64,000 nucleotides of DNA from Candidatus Cloacimonadales bacterium (GTDB lineage: Bacteria; Cloacimonadota; Cloacimonadia; Cloacimonadales; JAFGVF01), in the NCBI GenBank assembly GCA_963677495.2, contig CAXXOU010000001.1, positions 544,001 through 608,000 of the forward strand. Reading direction: 5' to 3'. The notes under the pieces were generated by a model. That model had not been told where the DNA came from. It saw only the letters and a list, made by a program, of their open reading frames with translations, and made no database searches. Shown piece by piece: positions 10,010 to 19,554 of this stretch; within the stretch, counting starts at the first letter, position 1; every line of letters begins with the position of its first letter. The position numbers were made by a program, and so were the translations under genes.

Positions 10010-10666
10010 TTATTTTATAGTTCTTCCACGTGAAGACTGGAAGCTACTATTACTATTTGACATTACTCTACCAGCTGGAGCAGGCCATACTGTTGGAGCA
10101 GTAACATTAACCATTAATGGCATACCTATTTCTGTAGGGAAGTCACCAAGCCACATGAAACCTAAGTTATCAGCCTGATCCCAACCTTGGTTTGTAGCAT
10201 TCCACATTGACACACTACCTGCACCTATTTCAGCACCGGCTACACTTGCCATTGTGATATCACTTCTATCAAGTGGAACCATTACAGTGTTGCTACCAGC
10301 AACAAGACTGTAGTTAGGTTGTGTTATCATTGCACCAGCACAATAATATGTTCCGGCTGCAGTTACGTTTACCATATATACTCCACCATCAGCTACAGGG
10401 AAGTCACCAAGCCACATGAAACCTAAGTTATCAGCCTGATCCCAACCTTGATTTGTAGTATTCCATTCTGAAACACTACCTGCACCAATTTCGCCACCAA
10501 GATTGCTAGCCATAGCATGTCCTGATTGCATTGGAAGAGCAACTAAATTACTACCAGCGAGAAGGTCATATTTTACATAACCAACTGTTTCGCTAGGATC
10601 TGATTCAACAGCAATGAGAAAAGTTACAGCTAATAATAAAATCAGCGGTATAATTACTTTCTTCAT
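10010..10666 (-). CDS. Secreted protein with two 87-aa internal repeats
   Basis: Signal peptide and AGGAGG RBS; duplicated WNxTNQGWDQADNLGFMWLGDFP; basic C-terminal tail. Confidence 0.8.
   Translation of the reverse strand: MKKVIIPLILLLAVTFLIAVESDPSETVGYVKYDLLAGSNLVALPMQSGHAMASNLGGEIGAGSVSEWNTTNQGWDQADNLGFMWLGDFPVADGGVYMVNVTAAGTYYCAGAMITQPNYSLVAGSNTVMVPLDRSDITMASVAGAEIGAGSVSMWNATNQGWDQADNLGFMWLGDFPTEIGMPLMVNVTAPTVWPAPAGRVMSNSNSSFQSSRGRTIK
10136..10450. repeat. Perfect 54-bp direct repeat (10136-10189 and 10397-10450)
   Basis: agggaagtcaccaagccacatgaaacctaagttatcagcctgatcccaaccttg occurs twice, 261 bp apart. Confidence 0.95.
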
Positions 10667-10736
10667 AATTCCTCCTAAATTAATTTAAGACCTTACCAAA
10701 AACATCCTTTTTCTTTTAACACATTCCCACGGTCCC

Positions 10737-10765
10737 ATAATGTCGAGTAAACAAATGCATGTCAA
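10737..10765 (-). promoter_or_regulatory. Probable sigma70 promoter for the 10666-8376 operon
   Basis: Minus strand TTGACA-17 bp-CATTAT. Confidence 0.5.
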
Positions 10766-11234
10766 ATACTTTTTCTTTTTTCTGTACTTCGTTCATATGT
10801 TAATATTGTGTGAGCAGTCCTTTTTCACTGATTACCATTTATTTAGACACTTATACATCACTATTCTGCTAACTTCTTTTTCCATCGCTTTCTGCCTACC
10901 ATACAATAAATTAGAAACTTTTTTATTTGCTGTTGAAATTTTTCTATCTTTCAGCTTTCATTGAGCCTTAGAAATGATTTATTGTGCTGAAAAGTAGTTC
11001 AAAAGTGGATTTAAAACTTATATGTCTATCAGTGCCCTATCATAATTCTCATTCAAGGCTGACCAATGTACTATGAGTCTCTTGGGACTCACCTGTTCAG
11101 GATAACAAGAGACTGATATGAGAATGACAAGTATTAGCTAGTTGAGAGTCTCTTATTGTGATGGAGCAATGACACCCCGATGAGAAAAATCTAATTGGAA
11201 ATTATACCTCTCTTATCTACCAGATCCAGCATAC

Positions 11235-11320
11235 TTAACGGGTTGACCACGGGTAAACCGCAGGTTAACCACGGCTTACGTGGTTTGGGCGTGGTTTACC
11301 CGTGGATACTGCGTGGTTAA
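11235..11320. repeat. 11-bp-phased palindromic repeat array
   Basis: ACCACGG/ACCGCAG at 11246, 11257, 11268, mirrored by CGTGG at 11279, 11290, 11301, 11312. Confidence 0.9.
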
Positions 11321-11327
11321 ACAAGCA

Positions 11328-12197
11328 TCATATTCCGGACTTCTCTATAAGATTCAAGTACTTTTTACTCTCTGTTAAGTTCGGATTTATCTTGAATGCT
11401 ATTGATAGGTTTGATTTTGCTTCTTTTAAATCACCTAAATAATAATAGCAAATCCCTTTAATATTGTAAGCTCGTGCTAAATCTCTATCTTTTCGAAGAG
11501 TGCTTGCAAAGAAAGTTCTATCATACAATTTCAAATCTTTCTTATAGCTCTCGCTTTCAAGTTGATTAAGTAATGTTTCCTTAATCTCAGGTTTTTCATC
11601 AAGAGTTAATACATCCCTTTTAAGCATACCTTCATAACGTTTAACGAAGTTGGTCCTGAATGATATACCTTTACTAACAAGTTCAAGTGCTTTATCATAG
11701 TTTTCAAGCTCCATAAAGATGTTTGCAGCTCTAAATAAAGCATAATCAGGCTCAGGGGACACCCTTGAAGATTTAATGTAAAATTCAGCTGTTTTTTCTT
11801 TATTACCCTTCTTCTTGTACACTTCAGCAATATTCAAATAGTTAAGATGAGCTTGTTGAGGATATTTCTTTGCAAGCTTAGTAAGTAAATTTAATGCTTT
11901 ATCATAATGTCCAAGTTCTCTATGAGCAAGAGCAATATTACCAATTGAATCATTATTTTCAGGGTCTATCCTGAGTACATCATTGTATAATTTAATAGCT
12001 CGAGCATATCTTCTATCTTTTAAGGCTAAATCAGCATGTTCTTTTATACCTAGAGCTTCTTCAATTCTGCCTTGGTCCCCAATTTCCTGTAACCACTTTG
12101 GTTGCAACAATGTCATAATACCAAAGACTATCAATAGTGTCCAAACCCCATAAATAACCCCGGGAGTTATATAATCGAAAGGTTTCTTTTTAGACAT
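11328..12197 (-). CDS. Membrane-anchored TPR protein
   Basis: N-terminal TM helix and multiple TPR helices (AIKLYNDVLRIDP, AYNIKGICYYYLG). Start MSKKK at 12197 has a GAGG RBS. Confidence 0.85.
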   Translation of the reverse strand: MSKKKPFDYITPGVIYGVWTLLIVFGIMTLLQPKWLQEIGDQGRIEEALGIKEHADLALKDRRYARAIKLYNDVLRIDPENNDSIGNIALAHRELGHYDKALNLLTKLAKKYPQQAHLNYLNIAEVYKKKGNKEKTAEFYIKSSRVSPEPDYALFRAANIFMELENYDKALELVSKGISFRTNFVKRYEGMLKRDVLTLDEKPEIKETLLNQLESESYKKDLKLYDRTFFASTLRKDRDLARAYNIKGICYYYLGDLKEAKSNLSIAFKINPNLTESKKYLNLIEKSGI

Positions 12198-12201
12198 GTT
12201 T

Positions 12202-13434
12202 CTATTCCTCTGTTGTATGGATGATAAAAAGAACATTCTTTCCCTCTTTTTGAAGTTTGTTAAAAAGCTTTATCGCTCTACTATTCTTTAATCTAAAAAC
12301 CTGCATTGCTCTTAAAGTGTGTTCATTATAAATAAAATCCCACTCTTTAAAATGCTCTATTACTCCTCTCCCACCTTTACCGGTTTCACCTGCACCCAGG
12401 ATAAGTATGTCAGATTTCTTATCAAAAATAGTATTGAGATCACGAGCATTAAAGGCACTCTTCTTATCTACAAGTCTGAAAGTTCCGTTAGGGAATATCA
12501 TGATATCATAGAATGGGATTACAAAACCTTTATACACTGTTAAACCATTAGAATGATAAGTTATCCCTTTGTTCCTGTTAAGTAAGAATGAAACACTTTG
12601 TACCAGGATTAGTAAAATCAGTATTCCTAAGTAAATACGTTTGAATACCTTCCTTTGACTAAGGTGTAAAATAATGAAAACGAGGAGTGAACTAAGCACA
12701 GTAAGCACCACTATTCGAAGCCAAAATACTTTATCTGTAAATAAGGAACTGTTAAAGAGAAGGAAGAGTACAAATACGGCCTCAAAAACAATTAAACTAA
12801 GTGGTGATTGGAAGTAGTCTTTGATCTTCTTATGCCTTACCTTCCATCCTTCTTCTACTATCCGTCCATGTTCTATCATAAAGAACACGAAGAGTAAACC
12901 AATAATTGTACCCCAACCATCTTTACCAATATCGGATATATCGAATACTCTACTAGAGATAAATACTTGAGCAACTTCGTCGAATGTTGAAGCTGACAAA
13001 GCAAGAGCAAATATGCTTTTTATCATCTTAGCATCAGAATAACCTTTCTCCTTAAAAAGACGATAAGCTATGAATGTGAAAATACCGTAGGCAAAGTAAT
13101 GCCAATTAAACTGAAGCTCGTAAAAGGAGTGGTTGAAATAATAATCAGACAGCAAATGACCGATTCTGAAAAGTACTATGATATTCAATAGGGTTATCCA
13201 ACGCCATCTGTCCATCTTTCTTAAAGATATGAATAGAATTGAGCCAATAAAAATCACCCCAACTAACACAACATAAGGTATAAAGACACTTCCCAGATCA
13301 AATCCGGCTCTTGAAATATTACCAATTGCTCGTTGTAAATAGTTCTGAAGCATTAAGAATGGTGTTAATACAAGCAAAGCTATATAAAACACCATCTGCA
13401 AAGTTCTGGAAAAAAACATACTCTCTTTTTTCAT
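12202..13434 (-). CDS. VanZ-like multi-pass membrane protein fused to a C-terminal Mth938-like domain
   Basis: HYFAYG...FDEVAQVFISSRVFDISDI (VanZ-like); C-terminal DILILGAGETG...AIKLFNKL..EGKNVLFIIHTT (Mth938/DUF498-like). Start MKKES at 13434. Confidence 0.65.
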   Translation of the reverse strand: MKKESMFFSRTLQMVFYIALLVLTPFLMLQNYLQRAIGNISRAGFDLGSVFIPYVVLVGVIFIGSILFISLRKMDRWRWITLLNIIVLFRIGHLLSDYYFNHSFYELQFNWHYFAYGIFTFIAYRLFKEKGYSDAKMIKSIFALALSASTFDEVAQVFISSRVFDISDIGKDGWGTIIGLLFVFFMIEHGRIVEEGWKVRHKKIKDYFQSPLSLIVFEAVFVLFLLFNSSLFTDKVFWLRIVVLTVLSSLLVFIILHLSQRKVFKRIYLGILILLILVQSVSFLLNRNKGITYHSNGLTVYKGFVIPFYDIMIFPNGTFRLVDKKSAFNARDLNTIFDKKSDILILGAGETGKGGRGVIEHFKEWDFIYNEHTLRAMQVFRLKNSRAIKLFNKLQKEGKNVLFIIHTTEE

Positions 13435-13507
13435 CTGTTTCCCCTTGAGTATTAAACTGCACAACCTGTATTTAATGGTCAAGAGTAAACTTTCAATATT
13501 TAAAGAA

Positions 13508-13530
13508 ATGGCGACCGGGAGGTCGCCATG
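13508..13530 (-). terminator. Intrinsic terminator after giant exoprotein A
   Basis: ATGGCGACC-ggga-GGTCGCCAT hairpin followed by TTCTTT on the minus strand; two further hairpins lie at 13543-13598. Confidence 0.75.
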
Positions 13531-13614
13531 TTTGGTAGTTAGGGAGATCATTTATGAGATAAAATCTCACCGAAGCCACCCCTAACAGTGGCTCCGGCTT
13601 ATATTAATTACTTA

Positions 13615-16600
13615 TTACTTTTTCTTCTCAGGTTCTGGAGTTGGTTCGATATATTCGACCCAAGTTATGTTTCTGAGAGGATTTGTACGAATACTAAATG
13701 TGTTAACAGCAACAGGTGTGTCACGAACAACACCATCTGTAGCTATAATCTTAGCGAAGTAATGGTTACCTGGAAGCATTGTTGGATCCATAGTAGCCAT
13801 ATTAGTAGGCCAAGTGCTTAAGAAGCTGGCTGGTCCAACTACGAAGTCAGGAGTTGTACCTGCATATACATCGTACATTGTTGCGCCAGTTACAGCATCC
13901 CATGAAAGTTCCATAAGGCCACTTACACCGTTATAGTTAAGTACAAGGTTTGTTGGAGCATCAAGACCGGTTGATGGTTCACCAAGACCGGCTTCAGTTG
14001 TTGCAAATGCAACAGCCATATCGTCAAGCATTGGTCCACCAACACCGTTGTTTCTATATTGGATACCAATTGTACCGTCAATGTTCTCGATACCGATACA
14101 TGCATCACCCTGGATAGTTGATGTACCTGATTCTGTATCAGCATTAAAATAGTTCTGATACTGAATCTTAATTCTTCCGTCAGGATAAAGAATCAACTGC
14201 ATATCCATATATTCATTAGCATCACCGTAATCATTCCACATCTCTACTGTGTAAACGAAGTTACCATTAGCATCAAGACCATAGTAAGGTACTGAAGGAA
14301 CGTTTGCTGTATGAAGATCCATACCAGCAAGAGCAATTACATCATTAGGTGAACCTGCATTTGGAATTGACATGCCTCCGGCAGTAGAACCGGTAGGACT
14401 AGTAAACATACAGTAACCATTTGTTCCGATATAGATCATATCATAATCATTACCGAAGTAGTTAAATGTGAATCCGATAGGAACTTCCATATAACCATCA
14501 TCAGCACTTGTATATGTAGGTGTAGAACCTGTTGCACTAATGTCTACCCAATCGAATGTTGGCTGATAGCCTAAGCCATTACCATCAACAGTACTGTTAG
14601 CAAAGTAGTAACCACCGTAAAGTGTACCATCTCCACCATAGTTAGGATTAGATTGAGTTGTGAAGCTGTAGTTAGCTGCTGGAGGGTTACCTTCACCATT
14701 AATGTTATAACCGGTTACATACCAGTAGTACATTGTTTCATAGCCAAGAGGTGAAGTTAAAGTAACACCAGTTACATTACCAACATCTGTCATTGTGAAG
14801 TTAACATTATCATCACTAACATAGAGATTATAACCATCAGCCCAAACGTCTGAAATCCACTGGAATGTAGTGTATTCACTAACACCAGTTGCTAAGTCAG
14901 CTGGAGTAGTCATTGCGATTTCGCCAGGAGTACTTGCATATGTTGTGAAGCTCCAAGTTGCATAACCTGATGCATTACCATTAGCATTGTAAGGGATAAC
15001 TTCCCAATAGTAAGTTGTTCCACCTGCAAGACCTGAAACATCTGTTGTAAGATCTACGCCATTGTCATACATGTTAAGTATGTTTGTTGGTGGGTTATCT
15101 GTACCGAAGTTAACATAGTAACCATCAGCGATTGTTGCAGCAGTCCACTCAAGTGTAACACCGAAATCTTGGTCTACAGCACCATCAAGAGGGTTAACTA
15201 CAGATGCAGTACCAGGATTTGTACCAACAGTAGTGAAGCTCCATACAGGGCAGTTTGCTGTGCTACCATTCTGGTTATAAGGCACAACCTGCCAGTAATA
15301 CATTGTTAATGGATCTAAGCCACTATATGCATAAGTAAGAGCAGTTCCTTGATCATCACCATTCACGATTGTTGTAGGTGGGTTATCAATACCGAAGTAT
15401 AAGTCATAACCATCAGCATTAAATGCTGCAGTCCATTCTAAGTTTCCATCAGGAAGCTGATCTAAAGCACCGTCAACAGGAGCAACAGCAGTTGCTGCGG
15501 CAGGTGGAGCTATATCATCAAATATATTAATATCATCAATAGAGATATCGCCATAGAAACTTGTAGATTCCATAGCTCTGAAATCTATTTGGATTGTTTG
15601 ACCAATGTATGCAGCAAGATCTACTTCAGCATACATCCAACCATCAGTTGCAGCACCCGCAGGGTTAGTTAAAACAGCAACAGATTGATTCATTGTTGAA
15701 CCTGAATATATGTCGATATGTAATTCTGAAGTATTAGATGAATCACCAATCCAGTAATATAAACCTAACATAGGAGCAGTAAGACCTGTAAGATCCATTA
15801 ACTCACTATAAAGATGAGCAGGTACAGTTTCAGGGGAAGAGTCATCGATTACCATCATGTAACCGCTGTTTCCTGTATGCTCTGCTGTAGCACCATGTCC
15901 ACCTAACTCACTATTACCAATTTCCCAACTGTCACCTGAAACAACAGGGTCGATTAACCAACCTGTTGGAAGTGTATCAGTATCGAATGATTGAGTATAA
16001 GGGAATGTTGTGTTTGTTTGAGTTGTATAAGTTGTGAAGCTCCATACAGGGCAGTTTTCTGCATCACCGGCAGCATTGTAAGGAATTACCTGCCAGTAAT
16101 ATGTAGTTCCACCAGCTAAAGCCATTACATCATATGTAGTAGCAACGCCATTGTCATAATCTCTCACAACATCTGTTGGTGGATTATCTGTACCAACACT
16201 AATCTTATAACCACCCGCTAAAGCATCAGTAGCCCAGCTAAGTTCTAAATAAAGAGGTTGGTCTATAGCTGCATCTGCAGGAGCAATTAAAGCTACAGGT
16301 GAAGGTGGATTAGCAGTTGTTGTGAAACTCCAAACTGCTGCACCGGTTGCATCACCATTAAAGTTATAAGGTACAACCTGCCAGTAATAAGTAGTACCGG
16401 AAGCTAAACCTGAATATGTATAAGTTAAAACATCACCTAAGTCAGTACCGTTAACCATATCTGTAGGAGGGTTATCTGTACCAAAATAAAGGTCATAACC
16501 ATCTGCTAACGCTGATGCGTTCCATTCTAATGTTCCACCAGAAGGTTGATCAACAGCAGCATCTGCAGGAGCAACGATAGTTACAGGGTCAGGAGTACTT

Positions 16601-18144
16601 GTGTCACCTTCACCGGTAACAGGGATGTTTTGTGTTGTACGAGTTGTATTATCTACAATTACGATAACATCATTTAATGCACCGCCAACTGTTGGTGAGA
16701 ATTCAACATCGAATGATGCATTAACACCAACACCAAGTGTAAGTGGATAAGTATTAGCATCAACAACTGTGAAGTCTGTACCTGTTTGCATTGCAATTGG
16801 TGTACTAATAACTAAGTCTGCACCACCCATATTAGTGATAGTAAATGTCTGAGTAGCAGTATCTCCAAGAAGAGTTAAACCATAGTCCCATGATTCATTA
16901 TCAATTGAGAATACAGGCACAGTAGGAACAGCTGCAAATTCCATTCTAATGTTAGGAATTGAGCTTTGGAGATAATTTGCTGCAGGTGGTGTTGCAGGAT
17001 CCGGGTTAGTGCTGTCACTACGATAAGCTAATGACTGAGCTGTTGCAGTTGCTGAGCAGAAGAATTCATCACTTGAGCTATCATAGCCACCAAGGTTTTC
17101 TTCAACAGCAATTACTAAGTTATCAACGTTGTTATAAACGAAAGGCATATCTAAAACAAATTCAATCCAGCCATCGCTATCAGGAAATGGATCAAGAGTT
17201 ACTGAACATACTTGAGTTAAGTTTGCTAATGGAATCCAATCTGAAGTTGTAGCAAACTCTGTGTTTGCTGTATGTCCCATATAGATAACCCAGTCAGTAG
17301 AAGCACTAAGATCTGTAGCACCATTATAATGATACCAAATCTTCTCTATTCTCTCACCAGTTCTATCAATGTCAGCTTGATAGTAAATTGATTGTGTATA
17401 ACTGTATCCATAATATGGTTCTATTGGAAGTGCCTGATTGGTGAGTGCTTCAAAGCCAATCTCAACAATATTTGCACCTAATTCTGTTGTATATGAATAA
17501 ACAGGGTTAGCCCACTCTAATCTTGTTAGAGTATTTTTCGAAACAACCTGCCAGTAATAAGTTGTATTTGTTGTAAGTCTACCAGGTGTATATGAACCTT
17601 GAGTACCTTCAGCACCGGCAACACCATCTGTTACTACTTGAGTTACAGGTGGGTTCACAGTATCAAAATAAAGGTCATAAGTTTCTGTTAAAGCACCCCA
17701 GTTCCATGTAACAGATGCATTTGTAGCAATAGCGCCGGCGCCATCTGCAGGAACAGCATCAGTAATTTCACCAGGTGTATTTGCATTATAATTCACAACT
17801 ATTGGAGTTGTGATACTTGCAGGTGTAGAACCACCAATTCCTGATTCAGCAATGTTAGCACCGAGATGGTCATATATAGTATATTCATTCTCAGAAGACC
17901 AACTACCTGCTGTATATGTAGTAGTGATTTCGTCACCGTTAACAACATCAAAGTTGTGTGATTCCGGTCCGTTACCTGAAGCAACTGTCAAACCGGTTAA
18001 TACGGCAGATCCGTTGACAAGGATGTCAAGAGAACCACCATTCCAACCATCTCCATAAGTATCATACAGCTCAACAGAGAATGTAAAAGCTGATAATGAT
18101 ACAACACAGATGATAAGTGATAATAAAATTAATATTCTTTTCAT
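13615..18144 (-). CDS. Giant acidic exoprotein A (~1509 aa): six Fn3-like repeats, ASH/Ig-like, MAM-like and other beta domains; adhesin or surface-layer-like
   Basis: Signal peptide MKRILILL after a GGAG RBS; repeated DGYDLYFGTDNPP...YYWQVVPYN...WSFTT; FTITNMGGADL; FPYTQSFD...GDISIDDI. Confidence 0.85.
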   Translation of the reverse strand: MKRILILLSLIICVVSLSAFTFSVELYDTYGDGWNGGSLDILVNGSAVLTGLTVASGNGPESHNFDVVNGDEITTTYTAGSWSSENEYTIYDHLGANIAESGIGGSTPASITTPIVVNYNANTPGEITDAVPADGAGAIATNASVTWNWGALTETYDLYFDTVNPPVTQVVTDGVAGAEGTQGSYTPGRLTTNTTYYWQVVSKNTLTRLEWANPVYSYTTELGANIVEIGFEALTNQALPIEPYYGYSYTQSIYYQADIDRTGERIEKIWYHYNGATDLSASTDWVIYMGHTANTEFATTSDWIPLANLTQVCSVTLDPFPDSDGWIEFVLDMPFVYNNVDNLVIAVEENLGGYDSSSDEFFCSATATAQSLAYRSDSTNPDPATPPAANYLQSSIPNIRMEFAAVPTVPVFSIDNESWDYGLTLLGDTATQTFTITNMGGADLVISTPIAMQTGTDFTVVDANTYPLTLGVGVNASFDVEFSPTVGGALNDVIVIVDNTTRTTQNIPVTGEGDTSTPDPVTIVAPADAAVDQPSGGTLEWNASALADGYDLYFGTDNPPTDMVNGTDLGDVLTYTYSGLASGTTYYWQVVPYNFNGDATGAAVWSFTTTANPPSPVALIAPADAAIDQPLYLELSWATDALAGGYKISVGTDNPPTDVVRDYDNGVATTYDVMALAGGTTYYWQVIPYNAAGDAENCPVWSFTTYTTQTNTTFPYTQSFDTDTLPTGWLIDPVVSGDSWEIGNSELGGHGATAEHTGNSGYMMVIDDSSPETVPAHLYSELMDLTGLTAPMLGLYYWIGDSSNTSELHIDIYSGSTMNQSVAVLTNPAGAATDGWMYAEVDLAAYIGQTIQIDFRAMESTSFYGDISIDDINIFDDIAPPAAATAVAPVDGALDQLPDGNLEWTAAFNADGYDLYFGIDNPPTTIVNGDDQGTALTYAYSGLDPLTMYYWQVVPYNQNGSTANCPVWSFTTVGTNPGTASVVNPLDGAVDQDFGVTLEWTAATIADGYYVNFGTDNPPTNILNMYDNGVDLTTDVSGLAGGTTYYWEVIPYNANGNASGYATWSFTTYASTPGEIAMTTPADLATGVSEYTTFQWISDVWADGYNLYVSDDNVNFTMTDVGNVTGVTLTSPLGYETMYYWYVTGYNINGEGNPPAANYSFTTQSNPNYGGDGTLYGGYYFANSTVDGNGLGYQPTFDWVDISATGSTPTYTSADDGYMEVPIGFTFNYFGNDYDMIYIGTNGYCMFTSPTGSTAGGMSIPNAGSPNDVIALAGMDLHTANVPSVPYYGLDANGNFVYTVEMWNDYGDANEYMDMQLILYPDGRIKIQYQNYFNADTESGTSTIQGDACIGIENIDGTIGIQYRNNGVGGPMLDDMAVAFATTEAGLGEPSTGLDAPTNLVLNYNGVSGLMELSWDAVTGATMYDVYAGTTPDFVVGPASFLSTWPTNMATMDPTMLPGNHYFAKIIATDGVVRDTPVAVNTFSIRTNPLRNITWVEYIEPTPEPEKKK

Positions 18145-18159
18145 ATTGGATAACTCCAT

Positions 18160-18514
18160 ATATTAAAGTTAGAAAGCATTTGTTATGTACATACGATAGA
18201 ATACAAAACCCCTGTTCCGTATTCTAATTAGAATTCGAATTTCTCCTTGTAGTCCTGATGCAAAATATTATTGCACCACCCTGATAATTAATCCTTTCGT
18301 TGTCTCTCGAGCCGTGTGGTTATGTGGATGTGTTTTGGTGTGTTTGGCTCTTCAAAACAACTATTTCAGATCTTATTTCTTGGAGCGTTTCCTATCGCTC
18401 CAGTTAGAAATCTACCTTCTTTTAATCATGCTTTAGCAACATTCGTCCTACCTCCTGTTAACTAAAAAGCATGGATACAATGCTAATTTGGAATCATATC
18501 AAAATATCTGTCAA
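18160..18514 (-). ncRNA. Putative structured 5' leader RNA, copy A (with TTGACA at 18509-18514)
   Basis: Colinear conserved blocks and covarying stems shared with 23872-24179; G-U pairs work only on the mRNA strand. Confidence 0.6.
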
Positions 18515-18684
18515 GAGTTTTTTCTCTTTCTCCAATCTTAGATTCCTGTTTGACAGCTTCCACTATACTCCTATTTATCTGAAACAATTCGTTTTGTGAG
18601 TTGTATTCATAAATTACTATTTTCCAAATCAAGTACATAACAATGACCCCTCTTCTAAAAATCTATCCAACAAATCGCAGTCAT

Positions 18685-18778
18685 CCCACTGTTCTCCCAC
18701 TGTGCACGCACTGTGAACCCAGTGAAACAGTGGGTTGGCAGTGCCTTCACAGTGCGTGCACAGTGCAAATACAGTGCG
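18685..18778. repeat. 11-bp-phased palindromic repeat array
   Basis: CACTG at 18687, 18698, 18709 (CAGTG at 18720), mirrored by CAGTG at 18728, 18739, 18750, 18761, 18772. Confidence 0.9.
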
Positions 18779-18826
18779 TTGATTGATAGCGCAGTAAAAG
18801 TGAGTGTAAAGAGCAGTAAATATAGC

Positions 18827-19497
18827 TAAGTTGTTGCAAAAAGCGCTGTGTATGCCACTTTCGGACTTGCGTTGCAGCGATAGCGTGACGCGAGAACGAA
18901 ATCAGGGATTTGCGACTTCGAGGTGCATTTCAGGAAGTCCGTTGCCTTATCAGGCCGACAAACTCCCTGAAATGCCGTAAGTTGTTGCAAAAGGCACTGT
19001 CAATGTCACTCTGAGCGGAGTGAATGGAGTAGTATTCCTAATAGCTGCAAATTGTCTAACACTTCCCTCTGGGAAGCATAATAATAGCCATGTGTCCACG
19101 ACGCATGGTCCGGATTATAGATTGATACAATCCTACATGGATTGCATTGTTCCAATAACATCTCTAATAGTGCAATCCTCATCGGATTGGATGCAAGGTG
19201 ATTCAGGTCCATGGGTCGTGGACCCATTATATATTCCTATCGGAAAAAGCTGTTCTTTAGCTGGGAAACTAAAGCTATCGGAGAGATACATTCGACTGCG
19301 TTCGCAAAACTCACTTCGCTCAGTATGACAGGTCGGACTTGCACCGCAACGAAGCGTGGGGCGAGAACGAAAACATCGGATTACGACTTCGATTTCCAGA
19401 ATTAGCAAGTCACATTTCATTGCGACTCACTTCTTTTTCCAAAGTGCATTTCAGGAAGTCCGTATTCGCATTCACTCTGACAAACTCCCTGAAATGC
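18827..19497. mobile_element. Composite REP/MITE-like region: a ~150-bp unit in tandem, the second copy carrying nested inverted-repeat inserts
   Basis: taagttgttgcaaaa at 18827 and 18978; tcggacttgc...cgacttcga at 18861 and 19333; gcatttcagg...cctgaaatgc hairpin at 18923-18975 and 19444-19497; 20-bp inverted repeats at 19004-19023 and 19311-19330. Confidence 0.7.
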
Positions 19498-19508
19498 AGT
19501 AATGAAAA

Positions 19509-19532
19509 AGGGTGACTCGATCGAGTCACCCT
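19509..19532 (-). terminator. Intrinsic terminator after giant exoprotein B
   Basis: Perfect 24-bp palindrome AGGGTGACTCGATCGAGTCACCCT with a U-run on the minus strand. Confidence 0.8.
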
Positions 19533-19554
19533 ATATATTTTAGTTTATATTAAC

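Noticed and set aside
11235..18778. Short repeat arrays as CRISPR arrays
   Set aside because: The period is 11 bp with 5-7 bp cores; there are no 23-47 bp repeats with unique spacers and no cas genes.
19006..19420. Four short ORFs in the 19.0-19.4 kb spacer
   Set aside because: They are translations of palindromic repeats (STTHGP appears on both strands; CHTERSE is typical REP read-through) and have no convincing RBS.
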